Positions 37,305 to 50,623 of a stretch of DNA of 64,000 bases are shown piece after piece; the stretch's first letter is position 1, and every line of letters starts with the position of its first letter. Both the position numbers and the translations under genes were made by a program. Source of the stretch: Mobula hypostoma (lineage: Eukaryota); contig NC_086122.1 of the NCBI RefSeq assembly GCF_963921235.1, positions 30,690,001-30,754,000 of the forward strand. The letters are read 5' to 3'. The notes under the pieces were generated by a model. It searched no databases and was not told the origin of the DNA. It saw nothing but the letters and a program-made list of their open reading frames with translations.

Positions 37305-39254
37305 TGGGCTTATATTACTGATTTTCTCAAAAATTTTGAATGAAAAATACAAGTGGTATTTAAAATTCTTTACTTTATACTTTATTGTCACCAAACAATT
37401 GGCACTAGAATGTACAATATGTAAATATTGGTACTAGAATTTACAATATGTATTTTAGTTAAAATGAGCAGAGAGAAGTAATCAGGATATGGTCATACAG
37501 TTGGTATTAATTATGTATTACTCACAAAGTCCTAATTATTCCTCATCATATGTTTAAAAAAAATCACAAAAGACTATCCATTTCGGATAGAGGCATTCTG
37601 TGCACCTAAATTCTTTTGCTTGACTCTAGGATCCTGACTGCTATTTTGTGGTCTAATTACATTAATATTTGCAGACTTTGATTTATTTTAATTTATTATC
37701 TGATTCTGTTTCCGTTTTCTACATGACAACTACCTTCAATTTTGAACATTCATACCAATATTACCTGCCTGGAATCTGGCGATTTTTTTCGATCCCCAGG
37801 TTCTTTTAGGCGTCCAAGAATGCGCAAAAACTTATTGCTTCATGATCGTTTATTTTAGAGCTTAAACATAGGACCAGATGCAGAATATATGAAACCAAAG
37901 ATCCTCAGGAAAATACAAAGAACAAGATGGTGATATTTGCAGAGCCTGACAGTTTTGTACTTAAGGTAATGCAAATTCCTGAGATAAGGAAGAACCAATT
38001 AAAAGATACACAGTCACAGCACGTGTCATGTGCTAACACTTAGCCAGTGAAAAAAGAACAACCTGTTGTGAAACTGCTTTACCCCCTTTCCACCAGTAGA
38101 CGGAGCCAAACACTACATAATTGTGAAAATATACTTATTTAAACATAAATTGTGTGTTGGTAAAACTGATGATTTTAGTCTTGCTAAAAATCTTGTTAAA
38201 AATACAAAACACAACCAATTCGAACAGCTACATCCTACGTTCTTGTTCATGGGTAACTTTCATTTTTATTTTAGACAATCCCATATTTGCAAACTGCTCT
38301 ACAGTTTCTTTGCCTTTTTTTTAAACCTACTGCACCAATTTTGCTGTCATCTTTTCACTTCTGCCATTTCAACAAATGCTGCTTATAGTCGCTTGGGGGT
38401 ATTGCATGAATATTTTAAATCATTTTTGTTCACTTTTAGGGATTGTTATCAAAGGTTCAATTTAATGTCAGAAATGTATACAATATACATCCTGAAATGC
38501 TTTTTCTTCACAGGACATCCATTAAAACAGAGAAGTGCCCAAAGAATGAACAAAAGTTAAATGTGAGAACCCCCAAAGTTCCCCCCCCCCAGCATGTAAG
38601 CAGCAGAAAAGCAAGAATTATATTATCATATCAGGTCTTTATATTTCCTATCATCAGCACGTGCTGTGTCATATGATGTGGACGATCATGGTTACCATGA
38701 ATGTTATTGGCAAATTTTGTTTTCTACAGAAGTGGTTTGCTATCGCCTTCTTCTGGGCAGTGTCTTTAAAGATGGGTGACCCCCCGCCCCAGCCATTATC
38801 AGTACTCTTCAGAGATTGTCTGCCTGGCATCAGGGGTCAGATAACTTTTCTAGAAATCATGCCTCTTGGTTCTGCTTAGACAGAGAAAAACTTCTCTCAG
38901 TTTCACATGTTAAAACTTGTAGTAATTGTATAAATTGCAAGATAACTCTCCTCATTTATGTAAACTTTAAAAAATAAATACCATTTTACTCAATCTCTCA
39001 TGTCAAACCCGCCATCTCACCAAACCATTCTAGTGAGCTGTCACTGTTCCCTTTCAGGCAAGTACTTTGTTTCATCCAACAACATGTTTTGATCCATTGA
39101 CTGATTCATTTGATTTAATTAACCTGCTTAATCCTTTAAATACATATCTTCACTGTTGTCATTACCTCACCAAACCCTTTCACTCAACAAAATTCACACT
39201 CTGTATATTATTTGGCAATGTATTTAGAAACATTCATTAAAGAATAATATATTA

Positions 39255-39610
39255 TTTGTGTGTGGCTGGGTGGAGATGCAAGGCGCTCCTTCCCTCCAGT
39301 AGCCTGCAGCTCGCCCTTGGGTAGCACTTGCTAGCCCCCACCTCCCAATCAGGGCCACATGGAGCCATCGGAGCAGGTGGTGGATGATCCTATGAGAGCT
39401 GGTGCATATCACATGTCCTGGCTATGCGACCACTGACACTAGGCAGACAGTCTCTGAAGAGTATTGATAATGGCCCCTCTTGTAAAGACACTACCCATAA
39501 GAAGGCAATAGCAAACCACTTCCGTAGAAAACTTGGCCAAGGACAATCATGGTCACATGTTGAAAGACCATCATCGCCCATGTCATACAACGAGGCTCAG
39601 AATGAATGAA
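39255..39610 (+). mobile_element. Short interspersed repeat family with copies at ~38660-38845(-), 45645-46040(+) and 61620-61980(-)
   Basis: Shared blocks such as aggcagacaatctctgaagagtattgataatggc and tgtaaagacactgcccagaagaa in four places. Confidence 0.8.
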
Positions 39611-39761
39611 CAAACGTTATGTTATTTGAAATGGAACTTGTGTGGATTAATTTTCCATTGGTGAACATTGAAGGTGGATTTTTGAAGCTGAGGCATTCAC
39701 AAAAGTTATGGGACTGTGTTAGTTATTAGTTTTGTGACAGTATCTTCCAATTTCCTTCCAG

Positions 39762-39884
39762 TATCCAAACATGTATAGTGATAAAGAACCCATATTCAAC
39801 TGCATCCAACATGCACATCAAAACACATTGGAGATATATCCTCAATGGCTGATCTTCCAACTGATAGCTGGAGTTGTCTATCCG
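39762..39884 (+). CDS. mgst3b: MGST3-like exon 2 (YPNMYSDKEPIFNCIQHAHQNTLEIYPQWLIFQLIAGVVYP)
   Basis: ttccag acceptor, gtaaga donor, 123 nt, FNCIQxAHQNTLE signature. Confidence 0.95.
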
Positions 39885-41447
39885 GTAAGAAAATGGCAGT
39901 GTAGTTAATGGGGATATTCTGCCATATACAATCTCATTGCTGTTTCCAGTCAGGTGATGGGTATTACAGTATAATTTCTTCAGCTTTTGTCTAAAGCTCT
40001 TCCTTACTTCCAGCCCATAATGCCACTGGTGTTTAGAGCAGTAATGAAAGTCTTCCATCTCTGGTAGTGGTCTTCGTGTCATTATTTTCCTCTTGGTTTT
40101 CACTACTGTCAGTCATGCAAGCTGAGGGTGGAGTCTCAGGAATATCATCATACTCAGATTTAGAAGGAATCTTCATTGCTGTTTCCGTAACAATTTTGGT
40201 TTACCAGTCAGGGTTGTTGGCCTTGAACTGATTCCCCCAAACCTGGAGGACCGGTGGACCACTACCCTTTGACCTGTTTGGCATGGGTGACCCTACCAAG
40301 AACCAAACCATAACCCCTTACTCCAGCCAACTTAGCTCTCTGGGTCACTGAGGCAAACAGGCCTCCAAACCACAAGCGGATTGTGGTCCTCTTGAAGCAT
40401 CTAAAGGTCTACAAGATTTAAGTTAAGGTGTAACTAACACAGTCTTGCTCCCAAAAATGAAAGCGATATTTTTAACATGATTACTCATAAAAAAATTATC
40501 GTGCAGAATCCTAGGGGGAATGGGGCAGTTGCCTGAGAGTCAAGAGTTAAATATCTTTTCACATAATCTGCAATCCTAAAGATTGTAAAATAAGGGAAGT
40601 GAAAGACAGTATTCTGCAGTACTTGTCAACGAGTATTACTCAGCAGGCAAGAAAAAAAAATCCCAAGCATTGCACAGCAACAACAGATGTCCAAATATTC
40701 CTTCAGGTGCTGCACCCATTTGTCTTGAGTCCTCCCTCAGCACTGCCCTAATATTGGCCAGAGAATTCCCTTGACAGTGAGCCAATCTTACACTTGGAAG
40801 TGCCCGTTGGTGATGGGCTGGATCAATGAACTTTTACAATTATTAAAATTTCAGGATAAGAAATAGATTATTATCACCCGGTTGACATCTGTTTGATCAA
40901 AATGCATTTCACTGGATAAATTCTATAATACTTAACTCTGTCCAACTCGTTTTCACAGAGGAAAGAAATACTCTTCCTCTAGCAACATATTTTTCCTTGT
41001 TTATGTGTAAAATGGCCATTTTCTAATCTTGACCCTCCCCGCAGACTAATTATGTGCTTAGCTGTGCCTTGAATCTATTGGTACAAAACTATGTTACAGA
41101 CGAGGTAAAATTGGGCAGATGGTATGCCATCATATATTCTTGTTTCTCTTTAGATTAAGAGGTTTCAAATGAATTCCCTATTGTGACTGATACCTATGAA
41201 AAAATATATAGATTTACAAGAAATTTTACTCTAAATACTGTATACTGTACACCTTAATCAGAAATATTGCAGTGTCTTAACTTTAAAATCTGTGATTTTT
41301 GTAAAATTCTGAGTAGCAACTTTCAGTACAAGAACAAAAGCTGTGAAAATGTTAGTAAGTAAACAATATTTATTGAATATGTTAAGTCTTTCTTAATGTT
41401 TCTCACTCTGAACATGGGGATAATATAGTGTACTTAATATTTCACAG

Positions 41448-41520
41448 ATCACTGCTTCTGTGCTTGGTGTCATTTGGGTAACCAGTCGATTTACTTATGC
41501 ATGGGGATATTACACAGGGG
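41448..41520 (+). CDS. mgst3b: MGST3-like exon 3 (ITASVLGVIWVTSRFTYAWGYYTG)
   Basis: cacag acceptor, gtaggt donor, 73 nt, RxxYAxGYYTG motif. Confidence 0.95.
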
Positions 41521-42487
41521 GTAGGTATTATGTAAATTATGTCTGTACAAATATATCACTTAAATATTCAATAGATTAATGAATTTGTTTAATAATGTTA
41601 AAGTACAATACCATAGTGCCAGCAGGAAAGAAAGATGCACTTTTTGCATCACAGGACTCCAACTTATCAAAGCAGCATATTGTTCAAGTACAATGTAAAT
41701 TCAGCAGGTATATCCACATTCAGCAAAGAAAACTTTTAGTAATATCATTTGAGGGAGGAATCTAGAAAATACCCAGGATTGTTAATACTTATCAAAACCA
41801 ATGGATCATTTTGACTATATCTCAACATAGCATCTCTTAGAAAGGATGAGACTCCCAGTAATGCAGCAATAATAGACAAGATTCTGCAAGGAAATTGGAA
41901 TTTACTTACCGGTGCAAAGGTAGGCATTACCAACCAGTGAACACTGTCATCTAGAGTCAGTGTAAACAGGAAATGAAGCAGCAAGAAGTGTTTTTATATC
42001 CAAAATAATTATAAAGAAAGTTTTAAAGGAAGTGACATAGCTTGGTGTCAGTCAAAACAATTATATAAATGTACATAGGTAAAAACTAACAAAAATGGTC
42101 CTTAGTTTCAGAAAAGCTAACACAAGAAAAATACATTTAATATGGCAAGACCCTGAACAGTGTTGATGAACAGAGGGATCTTGAGGTCCAAGTTCATAAC
42201 TCCCTAAAAGTATCTGCACAGGTTGATAGGTGGTTAAGAACGCATATGGTGTGCTTGCTTTTATTCGTTGAGGCATTCAGTTCAAAAGTCAGCAAGTTAT
42301 TTTACAACTTTATAAAACTAGTTAGGCCATACCGGGTGTATTGCATACAGTTCTGGTCACCCCAATATGGGAAGGATGTCAAGGCTTCGGAGAGGGTACA
42401 GAATAGGTTCACCAGGATCAGAGGGCGCGTAATATAATGAGAGGTTGGACGAACTTGGGTTTTCTTCTCTGGAGCAGTGGCTTTCTA

Positions 42488-45400
42488 AAACATAGAAAGT
42501 CTACAGCACGATACAGGCCCTTCGGCCCACAAAGCTGTGCTGAACATGTCTTTACTTTAGAAATTACCTAGGGTTACCCATAGCCCTCTATTTTTCTAAG
42601 CTCCATGTACCTATCCAGGAGTCTCTTAAAAGACCCTATCATATCCACCTCTACCACCGTTGCCGGTAGCCCATTCCACGCATTCACCACTCTCTGCATA
42701 AAAAACCTACATCTCCTCTGTACCTACTTCCAAGCACCTTAAAACCGTGCCCTCTCCTGTTCAGCCCTGGGGAAAAAGCCTCTGACTATCCACACGATCA
42801 ATGCCTTTCATCATCTTGTACACCTCTATCAGGTCACCTCTCATCCTCCATCGCTCCAAGGAGAAAACTCGACCTGTTCTCATAAGGCATGCTCCCCAGT
42901 CCTGACAACATCCTTTTAAATCACCTGTGCACCCTTTCTACGATTTCCACATCCTTCCTGTAGTGAGGCGACCAGAAATGAGCACAGTACTCCAAGTGGG
43001 GTCTGACCAGGGTCCTATATAGCTGCAACATTACCTCCCGGCTCCCAAAATCAATCCCAAGATTGATGAAGGCCAATGCACCAAATGCCTTCTTAACCAC
43101 AGAGTCAACCTGCACAGCAGCTTTGAGTGTCTTATGGACTTGGACCCTGAGATCCCTTTGATCCTCCATACTGCCAGGAGTCTTACCATTAATATTATAT
43201 TCTGCCATCATATTTGACCTACCAGAATGAACCACCTCACGCTTATCTGGGTTGAACTCCCATCTGCCACTCCTCAGCCCAGTTTTGCATCCTGTCGATG
43301 TTCCACTGTAACCTCTGACAGCCCTCCACACTATCCACAACACCCCCAACCTTTGTGTCATCAGCAAATTTACTATCCATCCCTCTACTTCCTTATCCTG
43401 GTGATTTATAAAAATCACGAAGAGTAGGGATCCCAGAACAAATCCCTGAGACACACCACTGGTGACTGACCTCCATGCAGAATATGACTTGTCTAAAACC
43501 ACTCTATGCTTTCTATGGGCAAGCCAATTTTGGATCCACAAAGCAAGGTCCCCTTGGATCCCATGCCTCCTTACTTTCTCAATAAGCTTTGTATGTGGTA
43601 CCTTATTAAATGCCTTGCTGAAATCCATACACACTACATCTACTGCTCAACCTTCATCAATGTGTTTAGTCACATCCTCAAAAAATTCAATCAGGCTCGT
43701 AAGGCACAACCTGCCTTTGACAAAGCTATGCTGACTATTCCTAATCATATTATGCTTCTCCAAATGTTCATAAATCCTGCCTCTCAGGATCTTTTCCATC
43801 AACTTACCAACTACTGAAGAAAGACTCACGTGTCTATAATTTCCTGGGCTACCTCCACTCACTTTCTTGATTAAGGGAACAATACCTGCAACCCTCCAAT
43901 CTTCTGGAACCTATCCTGTCCCCATTGATGATGCAAAGATCATCGCCAGAGACTCAGCAATCTCCTCCCTCACCTCCCCCAGCAGCCTGGGATACATCTC
44001 GTCCAGTCCCGGTGACTTATTCAACTTGATGCTCTCCAAATGCTCCAGCACATCCTCTTTCTTAATGTCTATATGCTCAAGCTTTTCCATCCGCTGTAAG
44101 TCATCCCTACAATCACCAAGATCCTTTTCCGTAGTGAATACTGAAGCGAAGTATTCATTAAGTACCTCTGCTGTCTCCTCCGGTTCCATACACACTTTTC
44201 CACTGTCACACTCAATTGGTCCTATTCTCTCACGTCTTATTCTCTTGCTCTTCACATACTTGTAGAATGCCTCAGGCTTTTCCTTAATCCTGTCTGCCAA
44301 GGCCTTCTCATGGCCCCTTCTGGCTCTCCTAATGTTATTCTTAAGCTCCTTCCTGCTAGCCTTATAATCCTCTAGATCTCTATCATTACCTAGTTTTTTT
44401 AACCTTTCGTAAGCTTTTCTTCTTGACTAGAATTACAACAGCCTTTGTACACCATGGTTCCTGTACCCTGCCATCCTTTCCCTGTCTTATTGGAACGTAC
44501 CTATGCAGAACTCCACGCAAATATCCCCTGAACAATTGCCACATTTCTTCCATACATTTCCCTGAGAACATCTGTTCCCAATTTATGCTTCCAAGTGCCT
44601 GCCTGAGAGCCTCATATTTCCCCTTACTCCAATTAAACGCTTTCCTAACTTGTCTATTCCTATCCCTCTCCAATGCTATGGTAAAGGAGATAGAATTGTG
44701 ATCACTATCTCCAAAATGCTCTCCCATAGAGATCTGACACCTGACCAGGTTCATTTCCCAATATCAGATCAAATACAGACCTACATATTGTGTCAGGATA
44801 CCTTTCTGAACACACCTAACAAACGCCACGCCATCTAAACCCCTTGCTCTAGGGAGATACCAATCAATATTTGAGAAATTAAAATCTCCCACCATGACAA
44901 CCCTATTATTATTACCCCTTTCCAGAATCTGTCTCCCTATCTGCTCCTCGATGTCCCTGTTGCTATTGGGTGGTCTATAAAAAATACCCAGTAGATTTAT
45001 TGACCCTTTCCTGTTCCACCCACAGAGACTTCGTAGATAATCCCTCCGTGACTCCCTCCTTTTCTCAGCTGTGACACTAACTCTGAATGGCAGTGCCACA
45101 CCCCAGCCTCTTTTGCCTCCCTCTCTGACAATTCTGAAGCATCTAAAGCCTGGCACTCTATGTAACCATTCCTGCCCCTGAGCCATCCAAGTTTCTGGAA
45201 TGGCCACAACATCATAGCTCCAAGTACTGATCCACGCTGTAAGGTCATCTGCTTTGTTCAAAATACTCCTTGCATTAAAATAGCCACATCTGAAACTATT
45301 GGACTGAGCACATCCCTTCTCTATCACCTGCCTATCCTCCCTCTCGCACTGTCTACAAGCTTTCTCTATTTTGTGAGCCAGCTGCCTCTTTCTCCGTCTC

Positions 45401-45555
45401 TTCAGTTTGGTGAAGTTTAAACTCTCCCCAATAGCGGTAGCAAACCTCCCTGCCAGGATATTGGTCCCCCTCATATTCAAGTGCAAACCGTCCTTTTTGT
45501 ACAGGTCACACCTGCCCCAAGAGTTCCAGAAATCTGAATCCCTGCCCCCTGCACC
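42488..45555 (-). mobile_element. Long decayed CR1 LINE (ORF1 esterase end, APE endonuclease, RT) nested in an older plus-strand CR1
   Basis: WGRCDLYKKDGLHLN (ORF1 SGNH-like), YFNARSI/GIFYRPP/VGDFN (EN), SDHN, KSPGLDEMYPRLL, DFSKAFNKVPH. Host CR1 lies at ~42130-42480 and resumes at ~45556. Confidence 0.93.
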
Positions 45556-46459
45556 GGCTGAGGGGAGATCTGATAGAGGTTTATAAGATTGAGCAGCATA
45601 GATAAACAGTCTGTTTTTCCAAGGGTTGAAATGTCTTAATACCAGAGGTGGGGTGGCAGGGAGCGAATGTGTCTTTACCAAAGGAAATGTAAGGCTCTCC
45701 TTACCTCTGCGAGCCTGCAGGTCACCCTTGGGCAAGGTGTAGTACCTGCCTAGCCCTCCCCGATTATGGTCAGGTAAAACCATGGGAGCAGGTGGTGGAT
45801 GGTCGTATGAGCAGCTGGTGCACATCACAAGTCCTGGTTATGCGATCACTGATGCCAGGCAGACAATCTCTGAAGAGTATTGATAATGGCTGGGGTCACC
45901 CTTGTAAAGACACTGCCCAGAAGAAAACAATGGCAAACCACTTTGGTAGAAAAATTTGCCAAGAACACTCATGGTCATGTAAAAGACCATGATTTCCCAC
46001 ATCATACATACAATACAGCAGATAACAAGTGAATGAACGTAAATAAATATAATGAAAAGGTGAAATTCATCATCTCCAAAGATTATCATTGGTCACACAT
46101 TGATCCAAACTGAGCACATACCAATTATCCATTGGTTGTTATCCCTGCTTATTTATTCCTTGTTTCAGCCAGTGGGTTACTCCCAATTTCATCAGCTCTT
46201 ATTTTTGTTGTTTCCCTCCAACTTCTTGTGTTACATTTGCCCATTCCCATCTCTGTATCATTGACATTGATAAATTGATATCAAACTCAAATTGTATTAA
46301 TCACCTTGAGAGTATTTATCAAGTTTTTTTTCTCGTTTCTTTTCCTTTTGTAATACTAAAATGTCCATTTATTGGTCTTTTTGGTGTTTACAAATATTTT
46401 CGTGGTTATTTTTAATCTGGCCAGTTTTTATTTTCCTTTCCTAGTCTACATGCTTAATA

Positions 46460-47430
46460 TGGTGGATTCCAGTTAATTGAGACCAGTGCATTTTGGCCCA
46501 ATAAAGCAGCTGTCCCATTTAGCTGAACTTTCATGGAAATAGTTTTCAAAAAACCATTTAACTGAGTAACAGATTATGTATTTAAATTAAAAGAACGAAC
46601 AAATTTGGAGACTAATAATGCTACTAGTGCTATAAAACTGTATTAGTTCCTAATAATTATCGATGGAATTCATCCAGTGTATACCACCGTGTTCTTTTGA
46701 CTGTATATAAACAATCATAGACACCTCATGTAGATAAGACTACCTTCATATAATCCTTTCATTGGTTGCATCCTCTAATCTTTATTTTCATTGTAATGTT
46801 CAAGATCGTCGATACCTTTTAAAATCTTCATAGAATTTAAGGATCTTTGTCGAATTCTTCATGCTTGTTGAAGTAGTGAAATCGTTCATTATAAGGATCT
46901 ACCCCTTTAGTAATAATAATCGAAGCACAGAGAGTTTCTATATACCAACAAGTAGCCTTTATTGTCTCAACTAAAATGCTCGTGGGTTCACAAACTGACT
47001 ACAGCTGTGCACCCCCACTAGTATTCCCCGACCCTTCATGAACAGTTAATGAAGAGAAAAGGTATTACCCGGGAGAGGAGTCTACTCCGAGTCAGGCTCT
47101 CCTTGTCTTCACGCTCCTATCTCTACGTGTCCATGGGGTCACCTCTTGTAATAGTTTAATTTTCACTCCTGGACACTTTTAACATCTCCAAATGTGAATG
47201 CTTAAAACCAGCGACCAAAATAGTTCTGAATTTTCTTACTGTTTATTTCTTGCCAACTATGTGATAAAATCAGTGCTTTTTGAACACAAACACTCACAAC
47301 TTACGGTATTTAAGTACTGTTCACTCTAAGCATGGCAAAGTGGCCACACCAGTGCATGTGACCAAAGCTTGTTGGCCCAAATAAGTGACTGCCTCTATTA
47401 ACTAATGGCCCAATTAACCAGAATCTACTG
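46460..47430. mobile_element. Tigger/pogo-like non-autonomous DNA transposon with a probable internal LTR-like insert (~46890-47150)
   Basis: TA-flanked TIRs tggtggattccagttaattg / caattaaccagaatctactg. Confidence 0.7.
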
Positions 47431-47692
47431 TATTTGTAATTGCGATTCTAGCTTTTTTGCCAAACATTCACCAACCATTCTGTAGCCTTTGATTCTTTAC
47501 CCACTCTTTGGTCAGTATGTAGCTTCGAAAGAGTGATCTACACTGGTCCACAAGCCATAAAGCTCCTATTTTCGTACAACACCAACTATTCAGCATACAC
47601 CATCTAAAACTTGCAATTTATATTTTTAAAAAATAATTAAACGTTTAAGAATACAGATGGTGGTTCATCCGGTATCTGCTTTTTCTTTACAG

Positions 47693-47793
47693 TGCCAGAG
47701 AGAAGAATGACTGGGTCCTACGGATACATTGGCCTTCTGGGAGTCATTTTCCTGTCCATATTCATTGCTTTTAAAACCCTTGTTTCACAGTGA
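47693..47793 (+). CDS. mgst3b: MGST3-like last exon (VPERRMTGSYGYIGLLGVIFLSIFIAFKTLVSQ*)
   Basis: ttttctttacag acceptor, phase fits, TGA at 47791. AATAAA candidate at 48618. Confidence 0.93.
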
Positions 47794-50571
47794 TAAAACT
47801 ACCACAACAATAGGTTGTGAAAGGTTTAAAAAAAAGTTGTCAGGCATTCAACATATCCAGCCATTTTGAAATGGACACCAGCTCCGAACTTCTTCCTGCT
47901 CCTTGTTTATCAACTGGTTTAAATATTGCCAACATGCGGTAGAGTTTTCTTCCAGCTATGTTATGCACTACAGTTTTGTTATATTTAATCAAATGGTATA
48001 CTGGGAAACAAGATTAAATTCCAAATTTCTTTTTTTTTTTAATCTTTAGGCTAAATTTTAATTTTTACTTTTTAGCTAAATTCTGTGATTCTTGTTGAAG
48101 TAATATTGAACTGAGTTTAATATTTTTCATCTTTCAAGATGGTCACTAAAGTTATTTCAAAATTTTAATCTAACAGCCTCAGTTTATATTATGGGTTGAA
48201 TTTAAATCTGACAAAAGATTACAAGTAGAAAATATAAATGTACAGAACTGGTGAAAGAATGTTAAGTTATAATTCAGCTGATAGGAACATATCAACCATT
48301 GAAAGAGAAAGCTAGGGAAAGGCAAGGCTGTGATTCATCAATGAATGCCCTGACAGTGACAACTGAAACAAGTATACACTTTTCATATGTTCACTGACTT
48401 GTATATTACGTGTTTGACAGATTTTCAAAACCATTAAATGTTATCCATTTTAAACTTCATTCAAATCAAATAATGGAATGGCTTTTAGTATAATTTTGTC
48501 TTAAACTTCATGCATCTTGTTGTAACCATTCATCAGGATCCAACTAGTCAATTATTTCCTCAAAAGTGCATTTTTAATGTACAATTCTTGATGTGGTTGT
48601 TCCCGATTTAATTTCTAAATAAATATCAACTTTAAAACTAACGTTAGTTATTTTTGTGGTACAAAAACTCTATAAATTAAAAAGCTGTGTAATGTATAAA
48701 TGGACAGCAACAAACCATCCAATACTTTGCAGAAAAATGCTGAAGTAACAGGATACAACCTTCATAGATTGCAACAAAAAATTCTTCACACTACAATAAC
48801 CAACACCCGGTCCAGGAGTTAAAAAGAAACATAATGGCTATCAGTGACAATGGTTTTAAATGCGTACTCCATTTTTAAGTCATTTTAAAGTTTTTCTTCA
48901 CTGAAGTTTCATCACTGAACTGTTCCCACAACCAAGATTCATTTTCAAGGACCTTTAATCTCATGTTCTCAATACTTATTTTCTTTTTGCATTAACAGTT
49001 TCTTGTCTTTCACACACCGGTTGTCCGCCCTGGTGATGCGACCTTTCATTGATTCTACTATGGTTATTAGATTTAATGATTATGCCCACAAGGAAATGAA
49101 TCTTAGGGCTGTTTCCAGTGGCATATGTACTTTGATAATAAATTTACTTTGAACCTTTAAGTTATTTTTCCCCCTTAATAGTGAGGCTTCATGCTCACGC
49201 TACCCTCATAAGCTGTTTGTACCTTCATCATGTGAGTTCCAATTGCTACAGCCCAATCTACTGTTAAAAATATGCAAAAGCAATGTTAGAAATTTCCGAA
49301 AATAATTGTACGTAGAATCCCTTTTGCATTTGCTAACCAACGGTGGAAATACCTGTGTAGACAGCAACGCACAAGACCCAGCAGGACTCCACATGGACAA
49401 ATAGTCCAACATTTGGGCAAAGGAAAAGTGCCCATCACCCACAGCATTCTAGAGGAGAAAATGTACTGAGCAACCTCCGGTAATGTTAATTCCGTTATTT
49501 GCAAAAAGTGTCAGAAGGGATGTTTTTTGCCATCATAAAAATATTTATCTTCTTTTGCCTATTAGTGTCCCCTTTGTTATTACAATCCTAGTAGTCAAGG
49601 CATCAAGAACAGCAAAATTAAAACGTGTTTTTTAATTACAGTACCTTTTTCTACATATGTTTATATACCTACTCAACAACCTCTTTGCCTTCTGGTTCAT
49701 CATCTCTAGCACTACACCCAAAACTACTGGTTAATCATCAAATACCTGATTAAATGGGAATACATTTAACTGTCAAGAGCACCAAGTCACAGTGCAAACA
49801 CCAGGGATAGGCTTTGATTCATTCTTGGCATGGTCTGGGGGTCCAACAGTTGAAATGAATTGTGCTCAAGAGGCAAAGTGAACAATATTCTTCCCAAGCC
49901 ATGTTGGTACCTTGCTAACTATCTCACAGGAGTAGCCACAAGAAAATGCAATCTAGTGACATACATTAGGAAAGTTGACTTTTAATATTAATAAATTTCA
50001 TTATTGGGGGAAAAAGACTACAGATTTCATGAGAAGCCTTAAATATGAAGTGAAGCATGTAATGCTAACAAGTAAATTCAATACGGTACAGTTTATCTTT
50101 GTTCAGAATGTTATCCTATTTCACTAACTATAGAAAGGGTTCAGAAGTGGTCTTGATAAGGTACTGCTACTTATTTAATTAGATACAGGAATAGGTCCTT
50201 CTGGCCCTTCAAGCCATGTCACTCAGCAACTCCCAATGGCCTCCAATTTAACCCTAACCTAATCACAGGGCAGCAATGACCAATTAATCTACTGATAGGT
50301 ACATCTTTGGACTGTGGGAGGAGACTGGAGCACCCCAGAGAAAACCCATACGATCCATGGGAAGGAAGCACATACTCCTTTGCCGGGATTGAACATCAAT
50401 GCCCCGAGCAGTAATCACGCTGCACTAACCACTGCGCTCTTCATGAAAGCTCAAAAACAAATTCTTGCCAACCAAATCACAAACAAGAGAAAGTTTGCAG
50501 CTGCTGGAAATGCATGTTGCTTGCCAACCAAATCCTGGTTTCCAAAGGAATGAGCCCATATTTTTCTAATA

Positions 50572-50623
50572 CAGGGTTTCCCAACTTGGGGTCTGTGGCA
50601 TAAAAGTTTGGGGGAAACCCCTG
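50572..50623. mobile_element. 52-bp hAT-type MITE
   Basis: TIRs cagggtttccc / gggaaacccctg, 8-bp TSD ttctaata/ttcaaata. Confidence 0.75.

Noticed and set aside
44764-45828. 354-aa novel ORF
   Set aside because: Chance fusion of a short interspersed repeat, host CR1 and CR1 ORF1/endonuclease remnants.
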